The translations under genes and the position numbers were made by a program. Shown here piece by piece: positions 1 through 8,210 of a stretch of 64,000 nucleotides of DNA. This stretch comes from a virus. A model generated the notes under the pieces. It saw only the letters and a list, made by a program, of their open reading frames with translations, made no database searches and was not told the DNA's origin. The DNA is taken from the IMG/VR virus record IMGVR_UViG_3300020385_000008, positions 33,657 to 97,656 of that record; one strand, written 5' to 3'. The stretch's first letter is position 1; each line of letters starts with the position of its first letter.

Positions 1-129
1 GTAAGGTGGATAGTTTTCCTTACTTTCGTGAACGGCACCCATTCGGTGAAACCATTCATCCATTCCAATAGAATGTCTTTCAATATCCTTGACGAACTTA
101 TCTAAGTCGCCAGCTCCGTACATCTTCAT
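1..129 (-). CDS. hsp20: Small heat shock protein Hsp20, 5' portion (runs off the window; not in the ORF track)
   Basis: Hand translation MKMYGAGDLDKFVKDIERHSIGMDEWFHRMGAVHESKENYPPY contains the cyanophage sHSP motifs SIGMDE.F and NYPPY; GAGGAG SD upstream; usual position after regA. Confidence 0.9.
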   Translation of the reverse strand, partial: MKMYGAGDLDKFVKDIERHSIGMDEWFHRMGAVHESKENYPPY

Positions 130-182
130 TTGTTCTCCTCGTAAGCGAGATGTTGTGTGTGGACCCCGAAGGCATCCACCAC
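130..182 (-). promoter_or_regulatory. Structured 5' leader of hsp20 (two hairpins, the second overlapping the SD)
   Basis: GTGGATGCC-TTCG-GGGTCCAC hairpin followed by CTCG-CTTA-CGAG overlapping GAGGAG. Confidence 0.6.
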
Positions 183-190
183 TATTTATA
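183..190 (-). promoter_or_regulatory. gp55-dependent late promoter TATAAATA for hsp20
   Basis: Exact T4 late consensus between a terminator and the hsp20 leader. Confidence 0.8.
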
Positions 191-202
191 ATCCAAGGCA
201 TC

Positions 203-232
203 AAAAAGGGGGAACGGAAAACCGACCCCCTT
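203..232 (-). terminator. Rho-independent terminator downstream of regA
   Basis: AAGGGGGTCGG-TTTT-CCGTTCCCCC followed by TTTTT. Confidence 0.75.
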
Positions 233-362
233 ACAAATACTATAGCTAATAATATATAATGTAGTTATTACACTCTTACACTTAACACTTGAGCCTTGAC
301 TCCAAACTATTTATAAGGGTAATATAAAATTTGTTACATTGCTACACTTAATAATCTTGAAA

Positions 363-785
363 TCAAGATTTTCTGCCGCCAATATTATACTTGGGTTCCA
401 ACACCCATTCACCCTTCTCCTTATATGAAAGAACCTTAATTTGGTTCAAAGGAGCAATATCAATAATTTGATCCTCATTAGCAATGGTAACAAGATTCCA
501 ATCAACTAGAAGCTTAGTAATACGATTTCGACGCTGAAGGTCATTGAGTGTGATATTGGTATGCTTACCGTCAAGAGCAAAAAGCTCCTTAAAGTGAACA
601 ATAAAATACCTTCCCTGCTTGTGGAGGATATGACAAGACTGGTAGATTTTTTTCTCTCTACGAGAAGCTACACCAATACGAGTAAGTGTCTCTCTCACTT
701 TCAAAAAATCATCGGGCTCGGATAGAAAAATTTCTACCATCTGGGAAGGCTCCCAGTAAACTAAGCCCCTCTCGTCTGCTTGCAT
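363..785 (-). CDS. regA: Translational repressor RegA
   Basis: PDDFLKVRETLTRIGVAS and QSCHILHKQGRYFIVHFKELFALDG motifs; follows gp62. Confidence 0.97.
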   Translation of the reverse strand: MQADERGLVYWEPSQMVEIFLSEPDDFLKVRETLTRIGVASRREKKIYQSCHILHKQGRYFIVHFKELFALDGKHTNITLNDLQRRNRITKLLVDWNLVTIANEDQIIDIAPLNQIKVLSYKEKGEWVLEPKYNIGGRKS

Positions 786-1171
786 GGATTTAATCCCCCT
801 GTGTTAAGTTTTCGATAGATGTAATCAAGTTGCTCATTAGATAAAATATTCAAAGCTTGTTCTGCCTTTTCGGAGGAGAATCCGTAGTACTGACGTACCG
901 CTTCAATGTTCTTTATACTATCTTTCCTCAACCAGGGAGAGAATCTTTTCCTCTTCCTCAAACTATTTATAAGAAAATCATATTGAAGGCGCTTATCTAA
1001 GTTAGGAAACTTATTCATCTCATTAGATTGCATGAGAGAATCCATTTGACCAGACAGGCATTTGTTAATAATAAAGGGGGGATACTCTTTCTCAACACCA
1101 GGATCTTCATCCATAAGATTCTCCTTGGAGATGTTAATACTGTTCAGCCAATCTTTAAGGTCGATAGTCAT
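761..1171 (-). CDS. gp62: Clamp loader small subunit
   Basis: YPPFIINKCLS, QYDFLINSLRKRKRFSPW and YYGFSSEKA motifs; upstream of regA. Confidence 0.93.
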   Translation of the reverse strand: MTIDLKDWLNSINISKENLMDEDPGVEKEYPPFIINKCLSGQMDSLMQSNEMNKFPNLDKRLQYDFLINSLRKRKRFSPWLRKDSIKNIEAVRQYYGFSSEKAEQALNILSNEQLDYIYRKLNTGGLNPCKQTRGA

Positions 1172-1173
1172 AA

Positions 1174-1623
1174 TTAGTGTCCTCCATATTTAAGATCCCT
1201 TTCAGTGGGAAACCCAGCAAATTTAATCTTGTACTCATTAGTTTCAGAAATAATCGAAACATCGTACAAGAATAGTTTTTCATACTTTTCTCTATAACGA
1301 GGTATCCCCTCTATCAATTCCTCAAAGTTTTTATATATCGTGGATCTTGATACAATTGGATACTTTTCTTGTCTTTTCTCACAGAAATACAAATTGTTAG
1401 GAGAGCACATAAATTTATCAAATAATGATCCTATTTGAATTAATCTATCTTTAGAAGTTTCCTTTTCAACTTGAACAACATCCCCATTTTTTATGGGCTG
1501 TCGATTCCAATCTTCATCAATATACCCACAGGTGTATCGATCATACCACAGTTCAAATGACCACAAATTCTTACCATCATTATTAGGTGGACCATAAAGA
1601 TGTTGTTGAGTTGAATTGGTCAT
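1174..1623 (-). CDS. Hypothetical protein
   Basis: 149-aa ORF tightly packed between co-oriented genes; no motif recognised. Confidence 0.7.
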   Translation of the reverse strand: MTNSTQQHLYGPPNNDGKNLWSFELWYDRYTCGYIDEDWNRQPIKNGDVVQVEKETSKDRLIQIGSLFDKFMCSPNNLYFCEKRQEKYPIVSRSTIYKNFEELIEGIPRYREKYEKLFLYDVSIISETNEYKIKFAGFPTERDLKYGGH

Positions 1624-1626
1624 GTA

Positions 1627-1920
1627 TCACTTGATAATTTTACCTGCGTTTGATGGTTTGATAATGGGAGAGAAGATGTCATTATAGTTACGAACTACAT
1701 CTTCATTGGGGTCTGTAACATATACAACGTAGTTGGCTCTAATGCGGAGCTCTTTTACATCGGGGGAGATTACTGGGGACCAAGGTGCGAAACCAACAGT
1801 ACCATCTCGTCCTGGGACTAACACAATGGGATTGTTTATGATCAATTCTTCAGCCTGCTCTTTGATTAGATCAGCAATAACATCCTCACCAGAATGCATA
1901 CGGATAAGTTTTACGTTCAT
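1627..1920 (-). CDS. Conserved T4-like phage small protein (Sm-like beta fold suspected)
   Basis: VKLIRMHSGEDVIA, NPIVLVP and GFAPWSP pattern typical of cyanomyovirus hypotheticals. Confidence 0.75.
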   Translation of the reverse strand: MNVKLIRMHSGEDVIADLIKEQAEELIINNPIVLVPGRDGTVGFAPWSPVISPDVKELRIRANYVVYVTDPNEDVVRNYNDIFSPIIKPSNAGKIIK

Positions 1921-1922
1921 AA

Positions 1923-2171
1923 TTAAATAAGTCCTTTTTCTTTTAGATAGTGTAATGTTTCTTTTAGTCCGCCAATGTGCTGGTAGCCAACGGCAACCTG
2001 GGGGAACTCGGCAGTATCACCAAACTCGGATCGGAATTGACGCTCATTGAAATCTTCGTCTAGTTGATATTCTAGGAACTCACCATTAAGGCTGATGAGT
2101 AGATCACGGCAACGGTCGGATTCTTGTCCGCCGTTGGTATATAAAACAATTGTATTACTTGGAAAATTCAT
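1923..2171 (-). CDS. Glutaredoxin-like protein lacking CxxC
   Basis: EFGDTAEFPQV and HIGGLKET Grx motifs; active-site region reads GQESDRC. Confidence 0.8.
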   Translation of the reverse strand: MNFPSNTIVLYTNGGQESDRCRDLLISLNGEFLEYQLDEDFNERQFRSEFGDTAEFPQVAVGYQHIGGLKETLHYLKEKGLI

Positions 2172-3118
2172 TGGAAGTCACATTCAATCATAATTTCAGT
2201 TAGGGCAGCTAGGAGGTTAATCTCCTGGTCAGCAACAAAGCTACTTTGATATTGATATTTCGCAATAATAAGAACAGCAGCAGCTATAGATGGTCCTTGA
2301 AGGTGGGAATACAAAGCATCATATACTTTACGGAGAATGGCATTTGTATCGTTGTCTAGGTTAGAAACAACCCACTTACGGACTTCAGTAAAGTTACTTG
2401 ACTTTAGGTCACGCATAAGATCCTCAACCTTGATCTCGGAGAATGAAGCGAGAATACCAGAGTCAATCTTACCGCCAGAAGAATAACGCTGAACCTCATT
2501 GAGGACACGACGGAAGTCTGGGAAGTGCTTTTGGACTAGCTCGGCTAGAACTTTAGGCTCTGCTTCAATACGTTCCTGCTCTAAGATGCCTGTAAGGCGC
2601 TTGAAGAAGGATGCTGCTACCTGCTGCTTGTCTTTACCCTTGAGGCTAAACTCAACGACAGCACAGCGGCTGTGGAGGGGCTCAATGATCTTGTTCTTGT
2701 AGTTACAAGTAAAGATGAAACGGCAGTTCTTATAGAACGCTTCCATATTTGCTCGGAGAAGAAGCTGAACATCGTTGCCAGTATTGTCTGCCTCATCGAT
2801 GATGATGACCTTATGCTTGGCTTCACTAGTCAAAGACATAGTAGAAGCAAAGTTCTTTGCCTGATTACGGACAGTATCAAGGAAACGACCTTCATCAGAT
2901 CCATTGATCACATAATAGTCAGCACCAATCTCATTGCATAGAGCTTTTGCAATAGTAGTCTTACCCACACCAGGAGGACCTGCGAGTAGTAGGTTAGGGA
3001 TTTCACCCTTCTCCACAAACTCTTTAAAGGTTGCCTTGATGTGATCGGGTAAGATACAGTCGTCAATTTTCTGTGGGCGATATTTTTCTGTGAATAGAAA
3101 GTCGGTGCGCTCACTCAT
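2168..3118 (-). CDS. gp44: Clamp loader AAA+ subunit
   Basis: EKYRP, Walker A GPPGVGKT, Walker B IIIDEAD, SRC motif. Confidence 0.97.
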   Translation of the reverse strand: MSERTDFLFTEKYRPQKIDDCILPDHIKATFKEFVEKGEIPNLLLAGPPGVGKTTIAKALCNEIGADYYVINGSDEGRFLDTVRNQAKNFASTMSLTSEAKHKVIIIDEADNTGNDVQLLLRANMEAFYKNCRFIFTCNYKNKIIEPLHSRCAVVEFSLKGKDKQQVAASFFKRLTGILEQERIEAEPKVLAELVQKHFPDFRRVLNEVQRYSSGGKIDSGILASFSEIKVEDLMRDLKSSNFTEVRKWVVSNLDNDTNAILRKVYDALYSHLQGPSIAAAVLIIAKYQYQSSFVADQEINLLAALTEIMIECDFQ

Positions 3119-3139
3119 AATAAAAAGATAATAAAGTAA

Positions 3140-3664
3140 TCAAACCCAGGAGGGCTTGCGTTCAGGTTTGCGGAGATAGTTAGCTGAGACCCAGGGCTTT
3201 GAGGAGATATACATCTTGTATGCCTCAAAGGTAGAGATTGATTGGTCTAGCTTGAACTCATCAGGCATAGCACGGGCAAACCCGTGTGCTCCAGTATAGC
3301 ACGAAATTGGCTTTCCTGTAGTCCTTACAAAAACTTCTTCTGCGCCAAGCAGGGACTGCTCACAAGCGTGATGCTTACCGTAGCGGTGGGTATACTCGGC
3401 ACACAAGGCGTGACCGTGTGCGATGAGCCACGCTAGGTTCTCGTCACATAAAGAAGCCCATACAGTACAGGGGTGGTTACGAAAACCTCCCGTTGTCTTG
3501 TATGGGGTTCCATCAGCCTTGAAGACTTGACCACAGTCACGGTACCAATGTGAGTAAATCACGGATACCATTTGGCAGCATTCAAGCGGCATTTTTACAA
3601 CGTGCTTATCTGGGAGTACCAGTGCGCTGCCTGCGGGGTCTTGTTCGGTGCAGAAGATGTTCAT
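3140..3664 (-). CDS. Pyrimidine dimer DNA glycosylase / endonuclease V-like protein
   Basis: MNIF, DKHVVKMPLE, HPCTVWA and LCAEYTHRYGK.H pattern of the DenV-like (Pyr_excise) family. Confidence 0.7.
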   Translation of the reverse strand: MNIFCTEQDPAGSALVLPDKHVVKMPLECCQMVSVIYSHWYRDCGQVFKADGTPYKTTGGFRNHPCTVWASLCDENLAWLIAHGHALCAEYTHRYGKHHACEQSLLGAEEVFVRTTGKPISCYTGAHGFARAMPDEFKLDQSISTFEAYKMYISSKPWVSANYLRKPERKPSWV

Positions 3665-3686
3665 ATAGGTTGCTTTCGCTTCCCAT

Positions 3687-3697
3687 ATAATAGCACA
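3687..3697 (-). promoter_or_regulatory. Extended -10 promoter TGTGCTATTAT
   Basis: Variant of the recurring TGTGCTATAAT motif, just upstream of the ORF start at 3664. Confidence 0.6.
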
Positions 3698-3700
3698 TCA

Positions 3701-4162
3701 TCAAACCAATGGCAGAGTATACACTGATGATAGTCCACTATTATCCATCAAATTATCCAAATATACTTGATCTTCTGAATCGGGCGGAACTAATTCTAAT
3801 AATTCATTAAAGGCTGCTTGGATGAGAGGCTGAATCCGAAGTCCATTTTTAGCATCCCCAATCAACGCAATAAACTCAGTGGCAACTACATTTACTGGAA
3901 GGCTATTAGAAGCACTAGCCCTAACCTTCATATAATATGGAGAGCTTATAAGACCCACCCAAAAACTAACATAATCTACAGGAATTACATCATCTTCTGG
4001 TACATACTCTGCTGCCGTTTCCGTTCCTATCGCAACAAATGCTTTGTATTCTTTATTATCCTCATCAACTGGGATAATATATTTTGCATCAACACCTTCA
4101 ATAAAACCAATAACTATAGTTTTTTCAAGGTCTCCCCACCGATATGAAGTTATGGAAGTCAT
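3701..4162 (-). CDS. Hypothetical protein, possibly tail-fibre associated
   Basis: 153 aa with IPVDEDNKEY motif; AATAAATA late-type promoter at 4183-4190; downstream of a fibre gene. Confidence 0.65.
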   Translation of the reverse strand: MTSITSYRWGDLEKTIVIGFIEGVDAKYIIPVDEDNKEYKAFVAIGTETAAEYVPEDDVIPVDYVSFWVGLISSPYYMKVRASASNSLPVNVVATEFIALIGDAKNGLRIQPLIQAAFNELLELVPPDSEDQVYLDNLMDNSGLSSVYTLPLV

Positions 4163-4188
4163 AATATATTAGATATACAATTTATTTA

Positions 4189-4287
4189 TTACATAAAATA
4201 ATCACCAAAAATTGACAATATAGTAATGTAGATTAGTAATATCATAAAAAAACCAAAGATGATAAAGAAAGATAATTCTGGACCCAT
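4189..4287 (-). CDS. 32-aa single-TM peptide (below the ORF-track cutoff)
   Basis: MGPELSFFIIFGFFMILLIYITILSIFGDYFM; fills the intergenic gap; preceded by TGCTATATAAT. Confidence 0.55.
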   Translation of the reverse strand: MGPELSFFIIFGFFMILLIYITILSIFGDYFM

Positions 4288-4317
4288 AATTTAGTTGATA
4301 GTTTTATTATATAGCAT

Positions 4318-4345
4318 AAAAAAGCTAGGAGGTTAGTCCTAGCTT
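4318..4345 (-). terminator. Rho-independent terminator after the tail fibre gene
   Basis: AAGCTAGGA-CTAACC-TCCTAGCTT stem followed by a T run. Confidence 0.85.
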
Positions 4346-4366
4346 CAGTTAATCATAGTCAATTGA

Positions 4367-5797
4367 CTATCTTGATTTGTACTCGTCCAAAAGAACGGAT
4401 AGTTCATTGACTGCTTGAACCAATAAACCAACTAGACCATTGTAGTTAACGGTCATCCTGTTTTCGGTATCAGCTACGAGCTGCGGATAAACATACTGTA
4501 CTTCTTGAGCAATAACGCCCACAGAAGAGCCAGAACCATTTACCCAATCATATTCAACACCACGAAGCTGTTCTAATTTATATAGAGCAGATGTAATGCC
4601 TGTGATATTAGTCTTAAGACGTTGATCGGATAGAGCATTAAACTCTTTTGACTCTAGAGTTCCAGTAGATGGATTATAAGTCAACTCCTCATTAGCAGTG
4701 CTATCAGTATAGATAGTAGCACCAACGCCAACGTCACTTAAGAATGGCACTGGATAGGCAACATTATCTTGGTTGTCGAAGCTGGTTACAGAGGTAGCAG
4801 CGCCAGCCTGAAGACCGGTTAGGTTAGAACCATCACCGTAGTATGATCCAGCGGTGATAGAACCACCAATAGAAACATCATTGGTTACTGTTAAAGCAAT
4901 ACCAGGACCAGTAAGCTCTAGGCTAGCAAATGCCTGTGAACTACCACTACCAACAACATACTCAGCAATGGTTTTAGCACCAGCTGCTGATACCAAATCA
5001 ATATTATTTACATTTGCTGGATTATCACTGTCGAAGAAGACTCCGAGGAATAAATTACCAGCAAAACCAAAAGCAGGGGTGATTAGTGAACCAGCAGCTT
5101 CAATTGAACCACCAGCATACATGTTATTGGTTACTGTTAAACCAATACCAGCTCCAGTAGCCTCAAGTGAGGTTGTAGCTGTAATAATACCAGCCTGGAT
5201 ATTTCCAGTAGTGATGATATCTGAGTTTGGTCCTATAGTAGCACTAACATTAGTTAGTTTAGAACCATCACCTTCAAAGAAGGCGGCGGTCATGGTACTG
5301 GCGATACTAACATCGGCAGGTAAACCGATGGTTACAGTATCTGTTAGGGTGTTTATCCCTACAGTTACTTCATCAGTAGTGCCTTCAAATATTAACTTTT
5401 CAGTTGAAAGGTCAATAAGTGCTGTATCAACACCAACATTAACGCTTAATATAGAAGCGGAAGCTGCTGGGTTTGAATCAACCCAAATTGGACTGCCATC
5501 ATTATCGTATCTTGTGAATTGCCTTAATACACTAGAGTCATAATAAATGTCCCCTTCTTCTAAAGGAGATCCATTTTCTCTAGTTGTAGGAGCTTCTGTT
5601 GAAATAAAAGAAGCTGGGGGCAAATCGGTTAAACTCGCCCCGCTTCCTACAAATTCTGTTGCTGTGATTACGCCTGACTGGGCGTCTAATTGTATAGTTT
5701 CACCAACATAGAGGGCGGTGGTAATACCTGCGGTATTTACACCAATTAACTCTCTAGTATCGTTAATAATGACCAAATCTTGTAGTAGAAAAGCCAT
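4367..5797 (-). CDS. Tail fibre/spike protein with C-terminal intramolecular chaperone (peptidase S74) domain
   Basis: GDGSNLTG-type fibre repeats; C-terminal SDQRLKTNI, GVIAQEV and VNYNGLVGLLVQAVNEL; late promoter at 5828. Confidence 0.88.
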   Translation of the reverse strand: MAFLLQDLVIINDTRELIGVNTAGITTALYVGETIQLDAQSGVITATEFVGSGASLTDLPPASFISTEAPTTRENGSPLEEGDIYYDSSVLRQFTRYDNDGSPIWVDSNPAASASILSVNVGVDTALIDLSTEKLIFEGTTDEVTVGINTLTDTVTIGLPADVSIASTMTAAFFEGDGSKLTNVSATIGPNSDIITTGNIQAGIITATTSLEATGAGIGLTVTNNMYAGGSIEAAGSLITPAFGFAGNLFLGVFFDSDNPANVNNIDLVSAAGAKTIAEYVVGSGSSQAFASLELTGPGIALTVTNDVSIGGSITAGSYYGDGSNLTGLQAGAATSVTSFDNQDNVAYPVPFLSDVGVGATIYTDSTANEELTYNPSTGTLESKEFNALSDQRLKTNITGITSALYKLEQLRGVEYDWVNGSGSSVGVIAQEVQYVYPQLVADTENRMTVNYNGLVGLLVQAVNELSVLLDEYKSR

Positions 5798-5827
5798 TAA
5801 GGGATATTAAGTTTGTGTATACAGTAA

Positions 5828-5835
5828 TATTTATA
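5828..5835 (-). promoter_or_regulatory. Late promoter TATAAATA for the fibre gene
   Basis: Exact consensus about 30 nt upstream of the ATG. Confidence 0.75.
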
Positions 5836-5847
5836 TTTTTTTATAGG

Positions 5848-5876
5848 TCATAAAAAAGCCCCCCTTGCGGGAGGCT
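5848..5876 (-). terminator. Terminator after psbA; direct-repeat copy A
   Basis: AGCCTCCC-GCAA-GGGGGGCT-TTTTT; the same sequence occurs at 8211-8240. Confidence 0.9.
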
Positions 5877-5894
5877 GTTGAAGTTGATTCAATA

Positions 5895-6971
5895 TCAACC
5901 GATGGAAGGAGCAACTAGAGCTACAGGAGTAGACTCAGTAGATGCTAAATCAAGTGGGAAGTTGTGAGCGTTGCGCTCATGCATGACTTCCATACCAAGA
6001 CCAGCGCGGTTTAGAACGTCTGCCCAGGTGTTGACTACCTTACCTTGTGACTCAACGATTGACTGATTGAAGTTAAAGCCGTTGAGGTTGAATGCCATTG
6101 TGGATACACCAAGAGCGGTGAACCAGATGCCTACAACCGGCCATGCGGCAAGGAAGAAGTGAAGTGAACGTGAGTTGTTGAATGAAGCATATTGGAAGAT
6201 CAAGCGACCAAAGTAGCCATGAGCAGCCACGATGTTATAGGTCTCTTCCTCTTGTCCAAACTTGTAACCGTAGTTCTGTGATTCGGTTTCAGTTGTCTCT
6301 CTTACAAGTGAAGATGTAACAAGTGAACCGTGCATTGCGCTGAACAATGAACCACCAAAGACACCAGCTACTCCAAGCATATGGAAGGGGTGCATCAAGA
6401 TGTTATGTTCTGCCTGGAAGACTAACATATAGTTGAATGTTCCAGAGATTCCAAGAGGCATCGCATCAGAGAAAGAACCTTGTCCAAAAGGATAGACTAG
6501 GAAGACAGCAGATGCGGCTGCTACTGGTGCGCTGTATGCGACCATAATCCAGGGGCGCATACCTAAACGATAGGATAGTTCCCATTCGCGTCCCATATAG
6601 GCGTAGATTCCAATAAGGAAGTGGAATACCACTAGTTGGAAAGGACCGCCATTGTAAAGCCACTCATCTAGTGAGGCAGCTTCCCAGATGGGATAGAAGT
6701 GTAGACCAATTGCATTTGATGACGGGACAACAGCACCAGAGATGATGTTGTTACCGTACATTAGAGAACCAGCTACTGGCTCACGGATGCCGTCAATGTC
6801 TACGGGGGGCGCTGCGATGAACGCAACGATGAAACAGGTTGTTGCGGCGAGTAAACATGGAACCATCAACACACCAAACCAGCCCACATAGAGGCGGTTA
6901 TTGGTGGATGTGACCCACTCACAGAAGGATTCCCAAGGGGAAGACTCGCGCATTGCGATTGAAGCTGTCAT
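5895..6971 (-). CDS. psbA: Photosystem II D1 protein (358 aa from MTASIA; intron-free)
   Basis: [37 protein letters not shown] and [13 protein letters not shown] motifs; GREW (Glu130, D1:2-type); start reassigned because the longer ORF overlaps the promoter. Confidence 0.99.
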   Translation of the reverse strand: MTASIAMRESSPWESFCEWVTSTNNRLYVGWFGVLMVPCLLAATTCFIVAFIAAPPVDIDGIREPVAGSLMYGNNIISGAVVPSSNAIGLHFYPIWEAASLDEWLYNGGPFQLVVFHFLIGIYAYMGREWELSYRLGMRPWIMVAYSAPVAAASAVFLVYPFGQGSFSDAMPLGISGTFNYMLVFQAEHNILMHPFHMLGVAGVFGGSLFSAMHGSLVTSSLVRETTETESQNYGYKFGQEEETYNIVAAHGYFGRLIFQYASFNNSRSLHFFLAAWPVVGIWFTALGVSTMAFNLNGFNFNQSIVESQGKVVNTWADVLNRAGLGMEVMHERNAHNFPLDLASTESTPVALVAPSIG

Positions 6972-7041
6972 ATTATATTCTCGTAGTAAGTAAAGATGTA
7001 CAAAGAAACGTAAAGTTTTGTTTCGCTTCCCTGACTTATAT

Positions 7042-7070
7042 AGTATAACAGAATGTTTGTGTGTCGTCAA
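7042..7070 (-). promoter_or_regulatory. Sigma70-type promoter of psbA
   Basis: TTGACG-17 nt-TATACT with TG upstream of the -10 box. Confidence 0.8.
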
Positions 7071-7090
7071 GCACACAAAGGGGAGTATTT

Positions 7091-8182
7091 TTACTCAATA
7101 ATTTGATACGCACTATTATTGAACCAACTATACCCATATCTACGTTCCCGCTTAACCTCTTCAATGCTATAAACAATATCATATTCCCTGTTGGCAAAAA
7201 TAGGTTTTAGACTATCCAACTCATAGAAACGTGCCCACTGACCATCTCCATCAGGATCACCCTGACCCTCAGGCAATTTTAAACTATAAATGAATTCAAT
7301 AGCAGATAACCAGGACTCGCGAACTTCTTTATCTTCTGGATAATAATCTAAATGATTTTTAAGTAAATTTATTACTTTCACACTCTCAGAAGTAGCATAA
7401 GAAGGCATTTCATAACTACGAGCCCAGGTTGGTTCAAGTGTATCGTGGTCATGTTGCTGACCCCAAATAGCTTTTTTTCCTTCGTGCTTAATCTGAGTAG
7501 ATAATATACAATCAATACCTTTCCTATAAACTGTTTCCAAATCCAATTCTTCTGAGATGTCTTCTAGATAAGTATATCTCCCATATTTATTTTTTTGAAT
7601 TGAAAGGAGTAGATTGAGAACACCAGGAATTACATTATCATTATAAGTAATATGTCTATGATTTTTATTTTCCCAAGAGCCATTTGGATGCTGGGACTTA
7701 ACAATAAAACGCAGAGCTTTTTTTATAGCATCAAGTATTACTTCATCTGCGGTTAGATCATATACACGAGACAGATATTCAATATGTCCCCAGGTGCAGC
7801 CATTATCAAAATCACTTCCATCCCTTTCATAGTCTGAGTTGGATGGTTGCTCATATATTTTCTGTAGTTGGCTTTTGCTATATTTATTTCTATAGTTGCC
7901 CTTTTTACTCCAACCACCATCTGGATTTTGAAAATGTAGTATGTTTTCTGCTATTTTAACAACTTCATTTTCAGAAAAAATAGCTGGTTTTGATCTATAA
8001 ATAGTACTTCGTATTCCAGTTTTGGGAAAATCAGCCTTAAGGTCAATATAATTATCTTCTAAGTATTGTCGTCTTTTGTTATAGGAGTCGTAATCAAAAT
8101 TTTTACTGAGAGGATCATCTTGTAGAACATCATCCCTCACAATACCAAGTAATTTTAGTATAAGTTGAATAAAGGCTTGCAT
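7091..8182 (-). CDS. Pectate lyase, polysaccharide lyase family 10 (PelA/Pec_lyase type), 363 aa from MQAFIQ
   Basis: [43 protein letters not shown] and WARFYEL motifs; start reassigned downstream of the terminator and late promoter. Confidence 0.85.
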   Translation of the reverse strand: MQAFIQLILKLLGIVRDDVLQDDPLSKNFDYDSYNKRRQYLEDNYIDLKADFPKTGIRSTIYRSKPAIFSENEVVKIAENILHFQNPDGGWSKKGNYRNKYSKSQLQKIYEQPSNSDYERDGSDFDNGCTWGHIEYLSRVYDLTADEVILDAIKKALRFIVKSQHPNGSWENKNHRHITYNDNVIPGVLNLLLSIQKNKYGRYTYLEDISEELDLETVYRKGIDCILSTQIKHEGKKAIWGQQHDHDTLEPTWARSYEMPSYATSESVKVINLLKNHLDYYPEDKEVRESWLSAIEFIYSLKLPEGQGDPDGDGQWARFYELDSLKPIFANREYDIVYSIEEVKRERRYGYSWFNNSAYQIIE

Positions 8183-8210
8183 TTTTTTTCTATGAATATA
8201 AAAATATTTA

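Noticed and set aside
330-350. NtcA box downstream of regA
   Set aside because: Spacing does not give GTA-N8-TAC on either strand
4854-5543. 229-aa plus-strand ORF and the many other plus-strand or nested ORFs in the track
   Set aside because: They lie antisense or out of frame within well-supported minus-strand genes, show no motifs, and are expected shadows of codon bias
5895-6971. Group I intron or homing endonuclease associated with psbA
   Set aside because: D1 is uninterrupted and normal in length, and no endonuclease motif was seen in the flanking genes
6972-7076. N-terminal extensions given by the track for psbA, the lyase (to 8251), cobS (to 10719) and the 85-aa gene (to 10973)
   Set aside because: The extensions run through promoters, terminators or neighbouring genes; downstream ATGs fit the regulatory layout better
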